From assembly GCA_964538995.1 (NCBI GenBank), contig CAZIFK010000001.1, forward strand, positions 5,827 through 69,826: a stretch of 64,000 bases of DNA. Direction: 5' to 3'. The notes under the pieces are model-generated. The model was not told the DNA's origin. It did not search any database and worked only from the letters and a program-made list of their open reading frames with translations. Position numbers and translations under genes: made by a program. Each line of letters starts with the position of its first letter. Position 1 is the stretch's first letter. This stretch comes from an uncultured bacterium (GTDB taxonomy: Bacteria > Fidelibacterota > Marinisomatia > Marinisomatales > TCS55). Below, in pieces: positions 40,439 to 50,163 of this stretch.

Positions 40439-42324
40439 TTAACGTTAATCCCTTTATCTAAAAATATTAAAAAATCTTCTAAATTACGTGTCATGCCCGG
40501 GAATTTACCCAATACGTCATCTTCTGGGCTTAATAACACATAAAACGGTAATGCTGCTGTTCCAAACCGATCAATTTCGTATTGTTGTTTTTCCCGATAA
40601 TTCTCTCCGCCGTCTGTGTACAACCTTACTAGAATATATTTTTCAAATCTTTTTTTGACATCATTTTTTGTGAAAATATTTGATTCCATCCAGCGGCAAT
40701 TGGTACATGTATAACCAGTGAAATCTACAAATAAATTTTTCCCTTGGATATTCGCTTCAACAAACGCCTTATCCAAATCAGTAAACCATTGTTGTTCCTC
40801 TCCGCCATTTGCTTCCGAAATTAATCCGACTTCTTCTGTAAGTTTTGGCGGAAGATAGGAATAAATCAAGCCATGGATTGGCCGACCAAACAGACCTGTA
40901 CCCAGATACAAGGCAAATGTTATAAAGAAAATACTCAACAACATTCTTGGAACGCTTATCATTTCCAACTTTGAATCGTGCGGTAATTGAATTTTTCCCA
41001 GTAAATACATACCGGTGAAAAACATTAATATTGTCCAGATTGACAGTACTGAAATATGAGTAAAAATTTGCAAATTCCAAACTAGATCAGTATTACTGAA
41101 AAATTTGAATGCTGCCGCCAATTCCAGAAATCCCATAACAACTTTTACTGAATTGAGCCAACCGCCGGATTTAGGTATATTGGCTAAATATTGCGGAAAT
41201 AATGCCAAAAAGAAAAATGGCAGTGCGAACGCAGCGCTAAAAATGATCATTCCCAGAGCCGGCCAAAACCATTGCCCCTGACTTGCAGCAACAAGCAACA
41301 GTCCAACAAATTGAACAGTACATGTAAATGAAGTCAACGTAAATGTGACCGCCATGAAAAGTGTACCTACATATCCGCCCCTGCCTTCTTGCTTTGCTGC
41401 CAACTGACGTAAACCGGATGGTAATTGAATCTCATACATACCAAACAGCGAAAGAGCGAAATAAGTAAATAAAGCGCCGATGAATAAATTAACCCAAGGA
41501 TTTGAAGCCAACTGATTTCCACCTGATGCGCCAAGCGTTATTGCCAGTATCAATCCTAAAAGAGTAAATGTTCCGATAATACCAAACACATAGACTGACG
41601 CCTGTTTGATGGGTTTTTGATTTTCCTGCTCACCTTGATGGATAAAGTAAGAAATAGTAATAGGTATCATAGGAAATACACACGGCGTTAACAATGCTAA
41701 AAATCCCATGGAAAGTGCCAGAAAAACAAATGGCCAAAAACCCTGACTAATTGCTGCATCCAAATCGATATTTCCGCTTGAATCTGTAAAGGAGGCGGCA
41801 ACGAATTGTATATGATCTTTGCGTGGGTTTCCTGCTTCGATTATAATCGGAACATCCACCGTCACATCTTTAGGTGGATAACAGATTGAGGCATTGCATA
41901 TCTGATAATTGATTGTAGCAGATAAATTAACCTTCCCCGGCTTAATATTACCATCCAGTTGCACTGGAATATTATAATGAGTTGTTCCCACATGATAACG
42001 CGTAACTGTTCCAAATCCTTCGTCAAATTTTTCAACCGGCTTCGGCTCATCAATCTTTCCCTGACGCGAAACAGCGTCACCAGAAATCGTGATGGACGTG
42101 GCAATCGGTCCCTCGCCGGCATCATTTAATGCATAGATATGCCATTCATTATCCATTGTAGCAGTTAATTTTACATGGACGACTTCACCAGCCCTGGCAG
42201 ACTCTTCAACAGTTGCTGTAACAATGACCGGGTTTTGGAATTGTCCCCACAGAATAGTCGAGAACGTTAGCAAGAAGAAAATGTGTATTTTTTGTTTCAT
42301 TTTAGACGAAGAAAGTAGTTTCAT
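40435..42324 (-). CDS. dsbD: protein-disulfide reductase DsbD (alpha domain, TM core, C-terminal thioredoxin domain)
   Basis: N-terminal DsbD-alpha-like beta domain with ICNASIC. TM core with LLTPCVFPMIP and a second Cys-containing helix. C-terminal FTGYTCTNCRWME. Confidence 0.85.
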   Translation of the reverse strand: MKLLSSSKMKQKIHIFFLLTFSTILWGQFQNPVIVTATVEESARAGEVVHVKLTATMDNEWHIYALNDAGEGPIATSITISGDAVSRQGKIDEPKPVEKFDEGFGTVTRYHVGTTHYNIPVQLDGNIKPGKVNLSATINYQICNASICYPPKDVTVDVPIIIEAGNPRKDHIQFVAASFTDSSGNIDLDAAISQGFWPFVFLALSMGFLALLTPCVFPMIPITISYFIHQGEQENQKPIKQASVYVFGIIGTFTLLGLILAITLGASGGNQLASNPWVNLFIGALFTYFALSLFGMYEIQLPSGLRQLAAKQEGRGGYVGTLFMAVTFTLTSFTCTVQFVGLLLVAASQGQWFWPALGMIIFSAAFALPFFFLALFPQYLANIPKSGGWLNSVKVVMGFLELAAAFKFFSNTDLVWNLQIFTHISVLSIWTILMFFTGMYLLGKIQLPHDSKLEMISVPRMLLSIFFITFALYLGTGLFGRPIHGLIYSYLPPKLTEEVGLISEANGGEEQQWFTDLDKAFVEANIQGKNLFVDFTGYTCTNCRWMESNIFTKNDVKKRFEKYILVRLYTDGGENYREKQQYEIDRFGTAALPFYVLLSPEDDVLGKFPGMTRNLEDFLIFLDKGINVK

Positions 42325-43232
42325 TAACTCGTTAACCCCAATTTATGTTTCAATGAATAAAATATACTATTTCTTCGATTTAGTTCATTTTTTAATTCAC
42401 CGATAGAAACTGAAGCAGCGTCTCTCCCACTTTCGAGAAGTATTTTAAATTGATCAAACCGTGACCAGTGTAATCCCCCAACAGAAGGTTTAATTACAAA
42501 ATCTGCTTTTTGTATTTTAGATTTTGCTAAATAGCTATTTGTAATCTGATCTGATCGTGTCAGAATTTCGTAGATGTTTTTAGTTTTTAATTCTTTCAAA
42601 CTGTCTTTTGTAATACTAACTGCAATAGAAAAATCAACGTATTTTTTTAAAATTTCCACAGGAATAGGATCAATGACACCTCCATCAACCAGAATCTGTT
42701 CGTCATGTTCTGTAGGTTCCACAAATCCTGGAATGGATGAACTTTGCACGATAGCATCAATCAAATCGCCTTGATCATAGACAACTTGTGTTCCATTTTG
42801 AATATTCGATGCAGTAACACTCAATGGAATTGATAAATCTGCAAATTCATAAACGGGAATTAGAAATTCAATGGCTCGTTCAAGTATTTCTCGTTTAATA
42901 ATATACGATTTTTGTTGAGACATGATTAAAACAATACGATCACGTACGAATTTAGTCAATTGCCCAACGGCTGAATCCGGGCGATCTTTTTCCCTAAATC
43001 GCTCTGTACCCATATCATGAAAAACGTCCGATTCCAGGAATTCCATAAAACGATTTTCGATCCAATCCGGATCCTGATTATATGCATACATGCCGCCAAT
43101 GATCGCACCGGCGCTTGTTCCAGCTATATGATCAATACGTATTCCATTTTCATGAAGGACCTGTAAAACACCAATGTGAGCTGCGCCTCGGGCTCCACCG
43201 CCGCCTAATGCTAAACCGACTGTGGTTTTCAT
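42324..43232 (-). CDS. patatin-like phospholipase
   Basis: GLALGGGGARGAAHIGV (oxyanion G-G-G-x-R/K-G), GTSAGA (GxSxG) and DGGV (catalytic Asp). Confidence 0.85.
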   Translation of the reverse strand: MKTTVGLALGGGGARGAAHIGVLQVLHENGIRIDHIAGTSAGAIIGGMYAYNQDPDWIENRFMEFLESDVFHDMGTERFREKDRPDSAVGQLTKFVRDRIVLIMSQQKSYIIKREILERAIEFLIPVYEFADLSIPLSVTASNIQNGTQVVYDQGDLIDAIVQSSSIPGFVEPTEHDEQILVDGGVIDPIPVEILKKYVDFSIAVSITKDSLKELKTKNIYEILTRSDQITNSYLAKSKIQKADFVIKPSVGGLHWSRFDQFKILLESGRDAASVSIGELKNELNRRNSIFYSLKHKLGLTS

Positions 43233-43828
43233 TGCCCTAGCGCCTTACTCCGAGCCATAATAGAGATGTTCATTTCAACTTTATCCAATGGGTTATCCTT
43301 TTTATCTCTTGGAGCATTAACGATCTCTTGAATGACTTCGAGGCCGGAAATAACCTGGCCAAAAACAGTATACAGACTATCTAATCGATAAACAGGTGCG
43401 GCACAGACGAAAAATTGACTTCCGGCGCTATTGGGGTCTTGTGAGCGAGCCATGGATAAAGCGCCGGTCACATGCTGTTTGTCATTAAACTCTGCAGGCA
43501 GCATCCAGGTGGAATCATTTGCATCATCGCCAACACCGTAATATTTCGCAGCGTTTCCGCCAATACCATCATTCGTTCTATCGTCATCTCTGGAATTTGG
43601 ATCACCGCCCTGGATAACAAATCCTGGAATAACACGGTGGAAGGTCGTTCCATTAAAATAGCCATTCTTGGCATGGATATTGAAACTCTCTACATGCTTT
43701 GGAGCAACATCCGGGTAAAACTCCACTACCATATCACCGAATCGTGTAGAGATTACGGCAACATCTTCATCTTTTGTACATGAATTCATTATCAATATTC
43801 CTATCATTAGTAATGTTAAATGTTTCAT
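43229..43828 (-). CDS. cyclophilin-type peptidyl-prolyl cis-trans isomerase (lipoprotein)
   Basis: [37 protein letters not shown]. Lipobox MNSC-T. Confidence 0.9.
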   Translation of the reverse strand: MKHLTLLMIGILIMNSCTKDEDVAVISTRFGDMVVEFYPDVAPKHVESFNIHAKNGYFNGTTFHRVIPGFVIQGGDPNSRDDDRTNDGIGGNAAKYYGVGDDANDSTWMLPAEFNDKQHVTGALSMARSQDPNSAGSQFFVCAAPVYRLDSLYTVFGQVISGLEVIQEIVNAPRDKKDNPLDKVEMNISIMARSKALGQ

Positions 43829-44394
43829 TTTAAACTCCTGCTACCTGGTTTTTTAATGGGAATCTGTTTCAAATCTACCGGAATTTCGTCAGGGGCGTAA
43901 CTCACAGTTGTCTGGGTAGTGACAGCAAATTGATTTTTGTGTAAATAAACGTTTCCTCCGCTTCTATCTACTACTAATCCAACGCCGACTACCTCACCTC
44001 CAAACGTTTCAACTACATCCATCACTTCTCTCACTGAACCGCCGGTAGTTACCACATCTTCCACGACTAAAATTTTCTCACCGTTATTTATTGAAAAACC
44101 CCTTCTTAGTGTCATTTTTCTATCCTGACGTTCTGCGAAGATTGTTTTCACACCCAGCTGTCGCCCTAGCTCAGTTCCGATAACAATTCCACCCACTGCA
44201 GGTGAAATGACTGCATTAATCTCTATTCCTTTAAAGTAATTAATAATAGTTTCAGCAAAATGAGAAAGATGTTCGGGGTGTTGTAATACTTTTGCACATT
44301 GAAAATATGTTGTGCTATGACGTCCTGACGTCAAGATAAAATGTCCTTCCAATAATGCACCAGTTTCTTTGAAAATCTCTAAATATTTATCCAA
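43825..44394 (-). CDS. pyrE: orotate phosphoribosyltransferase
   Basis: [11 protein letters not shown] and the PRPP-binding loop [16 protein letters not shown] start (no nearby ATG). Confidence 0.9.
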   Translation of the reverse strand: MDKYLEIFKETGALLEGHFILTSGRHSTTYFQCAKVLQHPEHLSHFAETIINYFKGIEINAVISPAVGGIVIGTELGRQLGVKTIFAERQDRKMTLRRGFSINNGEKILVVEDVVTTGGSVREVMDVVETFGGEVVGVGLVVDRSGGNVYLHKNQFAVTTQTTVSYAPDEIPVDLKQIPIKKPGSRSLK

Positions 44395-45184
44395 GGATCA
44401 TTCTCATTTTTTCCACATAATCTTTTGCCGCATTATGAATTGCTTCCTCGCTTTGATCCCCGGAAAAACTAATTCCACGAGATACATTGATCAAAGCGAC
44501 ACCGTTTGTATTTCCGGCTGTGAGACTTGTCTCGAGGTCACCGCCTTGTGCGCCAACACCAGGAACGAGCAGGGGCAATCCCGGTGCATATTTACGAACC
44601 AATTTAATTTCCTCCGGAGCTGTCGCTCCCACGACAAGGCCAACATTATTATTCCCATTCAGACCCACACAATATTCAGCGACTGTTTCAAAAAGGCGTA
44701 TACTATTTCCTTTCAAATTTTGTAGATCGCCACCAGATTTATTTGAAGTCCGACATAAAACAAATGCACCTTTTTCAGGATTTTGAATAAAAGGATCAAT
44801 GGAATCCCTGCCCATGTAGGGATTCAGCGTAACTGCATCAAAACCAAAATGGTCGAATAAACTAATGGCATACTGGTTTGCTGTATGACCAATATCTCCA
44901 CGTTTGGCATCGCCAATGGTAATGGTGCTATTTCCAATGTAATCCATCGTTTCTTCCAGCCAGGTAAATCCTTTACTTCCCCATCGTTCAAAAAAAGCCA
45001 GGTTCGGTTTGTAGGCCGCAGCAAACTCCCGTGTGGCATCTATAACCTTTTTAGTGTGATCTTTGAGTTCAACTAGTGTTGAATTCACTTTGAACAGATT
45101 CTCCGGATTGATATCCAAGCCAACGCAAAGCCATGATTGTTTTACTGCAATGTGATCAGAAAGTCGGGAATTGAAGGATTTCAT
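44387..45184 (-). CDS. pyrF: orotidine 5'-phosphate decarboxylase (type 2)
   Basis: [27 protein letters not shown]. The track start at 45193 is TTG; the ATG at 45182-45184 is preferred. Confidence 0.9.
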   Translation of the reverse strand: MKSFNSRLSDHIAVKQSWLCVGLDINPENLFKVNSTLVELKDHTKKVIDATREFAAAYKPNLAFFERWGSKGFTWLEETMDYIGNSTITIGDAKRGDIGHTANQYAISLFDHFGFDAVTLNPYMGRDSIDPFIQNPEKGAFVLCRTSNKSGGDLQNLKGNSIRLFETVAEYCVGLNGNNNVGLVVGATAPEEIKLVRKYAPGLPLLVPGVGAQGGDLETSLTAGNTNGVALINVSRGISFSGDQSEEAIHNAAKDYVEKMRMILG

Positions 45185-45414
45185 TGGCGGCAAATTTACC
45201 GCTATAGATACTTGGTGAATAAAGATTTTTAATAAAGATTTTCAAAGTTTCCGGACTTTGAAATGGAGGTTAGAAGACTTCCAACTATCTTTTTAAAAAA
45301 CTTTATTTATATTAATCATATTAATACTTATTGGCAGGAAGGTAATTTTTTCTGTTGAATAATTTTGGTTAAATTACACTTCTCTTTTTGTGAAAAATTT
45401 TTAGGATTTCAACA

Positions 45415-46080
45415 ATGAAAATAGCTATCAAATATTTATCATTTCTTTTGTTAACCACTACCTTCCTTCCCCAAAATCACGATTACAAACATCAATCTGT
45501 TACACACAGATTCAGCGATGCCGAACAATGGGCAAAGATGTTTGAAAACCCGGAAAGAGACGAATGGCAGAAACCTGAATTTGTTATTCAATCCATGGGC
45601 ATTCAACCCGATGCTATCATCGTGGATATTGGTTCAGCAACAGGATATTTCCCTGTTCGGTTCGCAAAAGTTGTTCCCTATGGAAAAGTGATAGGTGTTG
45701 ACGTTGAAAAGGACATGGTTGATTACTTGAATAATCGAGCCCAGAAAGAAGGCCTGCATAATCTTGTTAGCATATTAGGAAAATATCATGATCCTAAAAT
45801 TCCTGAACAAGCCGATTTTGTGTTCATCTGCAATACCTATCATCACATTGATGATCGAGTAGTTTACTTTAAAAATATCAAGAGTAAATATAAACCAGGC
45901 GGTAAATTGGTTATCGTTGATTTCAGGAAGGGTGATTTACCTGTTGGACCTCCTGATGAACATAAATTATCACCAGAAAATGTGATTAAGGAATTGGAAA
46001 AAGCCGGTTATGTAATTACCAATCATCAAAAGGATCTTCCTTACCAATATATACTAACATTCGGACTGGGAGATTTTTAG
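45415..46080 (+). CDS. class I SAM-dependent methyltransferase (secreted or N-terminally anchored)
   Basis: Motif I IVDIGSATGYF, then GVDVE, FICNTYHH and GGKLVIVD. Confidence 0.75.
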   Translation: MKIAIKYLSFLLLTTTFLPQNHDYKHQSVTHRFSDAEQWAKMFENPERDEWQKPEFVIQSMGIQPDAIIVDIGSATGYFPVRFAKVVPYGKVIGVDVEKDMVDYLNNRAQKEGLHNLVSILGKYHDPKIPEQADFVFICNTYHHIDDRVVYFKNIKSKYKPGGKLVIVDFRKGDLPVGPPDEHKLSPENVIKELEKAGYVITNHQKDLPYQYILTFGLGDF

Positions 46081-46086
46081 TCCAAC

Positions 46087-46704
46087 ATGAAACAGCTTAC
46101 CTTGGATATTCAACACCATTCCAAATCCCGCATCATTGCTTCGTCAGGTGTTTTTCAGGTGGAACTTATGGAACACGTTGGCGAGGATGATTATCCCCAA
46201 CTCATAAAAATATCCGAACATCTTGCGGAGGATTATGGCGAAAAGGCTGTCCTTTCCAAGAAAACCATCCATAAATATTTTAATAAACCAACGTCCCTCC
46301 CATTTATCGCTCGTTTCCGAGGTGAAATTATTGGCTACATCATCGGGGTTGCTATTGAAGATCTTTCTTCCGAACCCTGGGCACGATTGGATGAGAATTT
46401 TGGTAAACACAATACACTGTATTCATACGCCTTTGTCATCATGGACAAATACAAAGGTAACGGTTATGCCAAGATCCTAAAGCGAGTCTTTCTAAGCTGG
46501 GCAAAAAAACGTGAGGGTATTCGCTTCATCACAGGTCATGTAAAACTAGGTGTATCCTCAAAATTCACAGGGGACATTAAGATCTTCAACCGAGTTGACA
46601 ATTGGCAAGGTACTGGCATGACCTTTGAATATTATCGCCGGAACCTGGGACCTAAACCGGATTTCACGCAAACACAGAATCCGCCGCTGGCGAAGACAAT
46701 ATAA
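46087..46704 (+). CDS. GNAT-family N-acetyltransferase-like protein
   Basis: Acetyl-CoA-binding-type motif MDKYKGNGYAKILKRVF (Q/R-x-x-G-x-G/A) after a beta-strand run IGYIIGVAIE. Confidence 0.6.
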   Translation: MKQLTLDIQHHSKSRIIASSGVFQVELMEHVGEDDYPQLIKISEHLAEDYGEKAVLSKKTIHKYFNKPTSLPFIARFRGEIIGYIIGVAIEDLSSEPWARLDENFGKHNTLYSYAFVIMDKYKGNGYAKILKRVFLSWAKKREGIRFITGHVKLGVSSKFTGDIKIFNRVDNWQGTGMTFEYYRRNLGPKPDFTQTQNPPLAKTI

Positions 46705-46891
46705 TTATTCATCACCATTTCAAACCTAGAGCAAAACAAAAACGGAAATATAGATTTTATATTAAGGGTTTATCGTAATAACCAGTACCTCTGTTCATTG
46801 AATGCGTAGATCGTGAGCCTAAAACATACCCTCTCTGTAGCCATTTGCTTTTCTTTTCAACGCCTTAATAAACTCTGATATAAAAAGTACT

Positions 46892-46999
46892 TGTCATCCT
46901 GAACCCGGTGGTAACCGGTGAAGGATCTCAAGTGCTAATTTATTAGCAAACTCTTGAGATTCTTCTTCCGACACTTCGTGTTCGGAATCAGAATGACAT
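46892..46999. repeat. 108-bp imperfect palindromic intergenic element (REP/MITE-like), copy 1
   Basis: TGTCATCCTGA...GTGAAGGATCTCAAGTGCTAAT-tt-ATTAGCA...CTTGAGATTCTTC...TCAGAATGACA. The arms are reverse complements with internal sub-hairpins (CCGGTggtaACCGG; CCGACACttcGTGTTCGG). A T-run follows. Confidence 0.8.
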
Positions 47000-47086
47000 G
47001 TTTTTTATTTTTTTAGGTACGCATTATTGTGATGAACCATATTCAACAAAATGCATCCGGAGGTCCGAGCAGCCATTCATTGATTT

Positions 47087-47512
47087 CTATTTTGGGATAA
47101 TAAGGGGTATAATATTTCTTTTCTCTTTTCGATAAGTCCTGAAATCACTATCCAGCGTACAGATAACGCTGTTTGTTATTTGTTCAGACATTCTGACCAA
47201 ACAACTATCTGCAAGAGACATGGGAACGTCACTATATTTTTTTAACAGGTAATTAACAGCATTGATTTCGTCATCCAAATGGAATTGAATTTTTATTAAA
47301 TCACGCTCAATAAGTTCAATCATTTTAGCTGTGCCATTATTAATATACTGCATTAAAAATAATGATTCGGATAAAACAGATTCACAGGTATAGAATGGCG
47401 GTTTTAGTTGAGAAAATTGATTTATTGCCCAAGAGTGATATTGATCCGATTTATTCAAAAACGCCACTATCGGACCAGAATCTATAATGACTTTTTTATT
47501 TACCATAACCAT
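47087..47512 (-). CDS. PIN-domain toxin (VapC-like)
   Basis: 141 aa. N-terminal VIIDSGPIVAFL (first acidic PIN residue), a mid Glu, and C-terminal TLDSDFRTY (last acidic residue). It overlaps the upstream antitoxin gene by 17 nt. Confidence 0.75.
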   Translation of the reverse strand: MVMVNKKVIIDSGPIVAFLNKSDQYHSWAINQFSQLKPPFYTCESVLSESLFLMQYINNGTAKMIELIERDLIKIQFHLDDEINAVNYLLKKYSDVPMSLADSCLVRMSEQITNSVICTLDSDFRTYRKEKRNIIPLIIPK

Positions 47513-47735
47513 CTAAATGGCTTTTATTGGTAGATAAATCTGATGGGCCAGCTACACTGCCCGCTAAATCTTTGGATAAATCCAAAAATGATCCTTTTTT
47601 ATCTAACTCATCGTGCGAAAAATATTCTAAAAGAGCACTTCGAACAATTTCAGAGCGACTGATACCTTTTTTTTCTGAAATCAATTTTAATTTTTCTTTG
47701 ATAATATCCGGCACTTTTAATGTTAATGTGTCCAT
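47496..47735 (-). CDS. ribbon-helix-helix (CopG/Arc-like) antitoxin
   Basis: 79 aa. LTLKVPDIIKEKLKLISEKKGISRSEIVRSALLEYF is a classic RHH beta-alpha-alpha pattern. It sits immediately upstream of the PIN gene. Confidence 0.75.
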   Translation of the reverse strand: MDTLTLKVPDIIKEKLKLISEKKGISRSEIVRSALLEYFSHDELDKKGSFLDLSKDLAGSVAGPSDLSTNKSHLDGYGK

Positions 47736-47750
47736 AATTTGTTCCTTAAC

Positions 47751-47781
47751 GGTATTACTTAATAGACAATATGGTAATACC
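47751..47781 (-). promoter_or_regulatory. candidate operator: 8-bp inverted repeat upstream of the RHH-PIN operon
   Basis: GGTATTAC (47751-47758) / GTAATACC (47774-47781), 16-46 nt upstream of the antitoxin ATG. TTGACA lies just upstream on the minus strand (47792-47797). Confidence 0.45.
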
Positions 47782-48037
47782 TATTGGTCAATGTCAACAA
47801 ATATTTCATAATATCGTGTATTTCTGTGAGAAAATCTGTATAACTGCCGCCCTACTTCAACTGCCGGATCCTTTGGTTATTAGCTTTTTTAGTCTAAAGA
47901 ATCAATTTTATAGGCTTTGATTCTTCCAATATTCTTATACATTGAAAATGTTTAACTGGACCCTAACCGGCTACTACTCATCAATCACCATTTATCCATC
48001 GTAACAGAGTGTAGATGGACCAGTGACTACTCTACTG

Positions 48038-48442
48038 CTAATCGCTCACTACAACTTCAATTTCGATATCAAGTAAGTCCCCCACTTTAATGAAAAATGT
48101 ATCTCCGGTAATTAATTTCATAGAATACTTCTTAACATGAGCTGCTATTAAGGCATCTGGAGTACTCATTGAAAACCCTTTTTTAAACAGAGAATTGCGA
48201 AATAGTCCAGCTCGTTTATAATCTTCATATTTAATAGGCAAATAGGTTAATCCTAACAACATTTTCTCTATTTGTTTTTGGTGTTTTGAGATATGTGCAC
48301 CCGATAATAGCTCGGTGAGTACAATACCGTTATAATAGACAATTTTTTGACGTACTGCAGTAACAATTTCATCCTTGTTGGAAAAGGGTCTTCCTTTCAA
48401 ATAATCTATTAAAAAAGAAGTATCAAGAAATAGAGGGTTCAT
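48038..48442 (-). CDS. vapC: PIN-domain toxin VapC
   Basis: MNPLFLDTSFLIDYLKG (first Asp), TELLSG (Glu), TPDALIAA and ITGDTFF: the canonical VapC acidic quartet layout. Confidence 0.8.
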   Translation of the reverse strand: MNPLFLDTSFLIDYLKGRPFSNKDEIVTAVRQKIVYYNGIVLTELLSGAHISKHQKQIEKMLLGLTYLPIKYEDYKRAGLFRNSLFKKGFSMSTPDALIAAHVKKYSMKLITGDTFFIKVGDLLDIEIEVVVSD

Positions 48443-48674
48443 TCACCGAACCGGGTTCAATTATTGATTCTTCCTGTTCTCTCCATTTTCTTACGGTATC
48501 AGTCGACACAGGATAATTAGTTATAGAACCGAAAGAATCAATAAAGGATTCTATGTGAACATTGGATATTAATTCCTTTAACCCTGCTTCTATCACTGCT
48601 TTTTTTGTTTTAAAACCAGTGACTTCCATGGCACCTTCAATCAAGGATTTATCTAAATCTAATGTCGTTCTCAT
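48423..48674 (-). CDS. vapB: VapB-type (DUF2191-like) type II antitoxin
   Basis: MRTTLDLDKSLIEGAMEVTGFKTKKAVIEAGLKELI matches the 'MRTT(L/I)D(L/I)D..L...A' antitoxin family. It overlaps the vapC start by 20 nt. Confidence 0.75.
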   Translation of the reverse strand: MRTTLDLDKSLIEGAMEVTGFKTKKAVIEAGLKELISNVHIESFIDSFGSITNYPVSTDTVRKWREQEESIIEPGSVNEPSIS

Positions 48675-48717
48675 AATAACAAATTATGCATACATCATGC
48701 ATATATCCAATGCATAC

Positions 48718-50154
48718 TTAATAATCCTTATTATTAAAAAACATACTTACTCCAACAAGAGCGATTACAGAGCATAAGATGGCTGGTAACACCTCATCTA
48801 CGGATCCATAAATTCCCTCTGGAAGCCACGTCCAAAGACCTGGAGCTTCTTTCCATAGAAGAGTAATGAACGCACCAGATAGGATAGATGCCACAGCTCC
48901 CTCCTTCGTTGCTCCTTTCCAAAATAAGGCTGCTACAAGTGCCGGGGTAATAGCTGCACCATAAATAGTATAAGCGTAGAGAGCTCGTTCAAAAAAGCCT
49001 TCTGATTCAGCAAAACCCTTGGAAACAATGAATGCGACGATACCCAAAGCAAGTACAAGCAGCCGGCTTAGAAGGACAATCTTTTTTTCCGATGCATTGG
49101 GATTAATATAATTCAGATACACATCCCGCATCAGAGTAGTAGCCGGCACAAGCAAGAATGAGTCGGCCGTGGATATGATTATGCCAACAATTGTGGTCAT
49201 CATAATAGCACCAAGAAACGTCGGCAGAAGACTATGGGCAGCGTAAATCAGTACATGCTTTCCTACTTCCGCATCCGGGATCATGGAAGCGCTTACCCAG
49301 GCGGAAGCAATGATGAGTAATTCTATAATAAGCACAGCAAACACAAGAATGGTCGTAGCAGACTTAGCTCCTTCGGCATCTTTACTGGCAAAAAAGCGCT
49401 GATACATATTAGCATCCCCAAGTACCAGTAAAAAAGGAGGCAAACAGAAATTGATAATATCCAGCCCCGAATACACTCCAAAGAACTGCATGTGCTGGTC
49501 TTTGCCCATATTGGCAAAAGCCACTTCCATTCCGCTCCAACCGCCGGCTTTAAACCACAGAATAGGAAAGGCAATCAATAGGGAAACAGTCATAATAATG
49601 CCATTGCCTACATCTGTATATGCCACGCTAACCAACCCCGCCAACATTGTATAAGCAATAATAAACACGACAGCTATAATAGTGGCCATCTCCACAGAGA
49701 TCAATGCCTGGCCCGATGCATCCGTAAGAATTGTGGATATTACAGCACCACCGGCATTGTATTGATAACTGACAATAACCATATAGGCCATGACCAAAGC
49801 AATAACGCTCAAAAGGCGAGCGGTGGGGCCGTAACGATCACCAATAATTTCCGGTACGGTGAATTTTTCAAAGCTGCGGACTTTACCAGCTATCCGAGTT
49901 AGTAAAATAATTCCTAATGTTCCACCAATAGGCAGAATAAGCGCTGCCATACCCGTTTCGTAGGTCTTCCCGGCATTGCCCAAAATGGATCCGGTTCCTA
50001 TCCACGTGGCTAACATGGTCCCCACTAATATCCACGGTGATAGAGTCCTTCCTGCCACAGCAAAATCGGCTTGAGTTTTGATCTTGTTGGATTTGTAGAT
50101 CCCGACACCGATAAGTGTGAAGAGATAGAGAAGTATTATTACTAAATAAATCAT
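48718..50154 (-). CDS. sodium:solute symporter (SSS) family transporter
   Basis: 478 aa with ~13 TMs. DFAVAGRTLSPW near the N-terminus and the overall PutP/PanF-like pattern. Confidence 0.75.
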   Translation of the reverse strand: MIYLVIILLYLFTLIGVGIYKSNKIKTQADFAVAGRTLSPWILVGTMLATWIGTGSILGNAGKTYETGMAALILPIGGTLGIILLTRIAGKVRSFEKFTVPEIIGDRYGPTARLLSVIALVMAYMVIVSYQYNAGGAVISTILTDASGQALISVEMATIIAVVFIIAYTMLAGLVSVAYTDVGNGIIMTVSLLIAFPILWFKAGGWSGMEVAFANMGKDQHMQFFGVYSGLDIINFCLPPFLLVLGDANMYQRFFASKDAEGAKSATTILVFAVLIIELLIIASAWVSASMIPDAEVGKHVLIYAAHSLLPTFLGAIMMTTIVGIIISTADSFLLVPATTLMRDVYLNYINPNASEKKIVLLSRLLVLALGIVAFIVSKGFAESEGFFERALYAYTIYGAAITPALVAALFWKGATKEGAVASILSGAFITLLWKEAPGLWTWLPEGIYGSVDEVLPAILCSVIALVGVSMFFNNKDY

Positions 50155-50163
50155 TTTATACTA

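Noticed and set aside
45221-45262. Direct repeat AAAGATTTT x2 and 8-bp hairpin TTCAAAGT/ACTTTGAA in the pyrF/methyltransferase divergent region as a regulatory element
   Set aside because: The motifs are short and AT-rich, expected by chance in a 221-bp AT-rich promoter region, and have no second copy elsewhere in the window.
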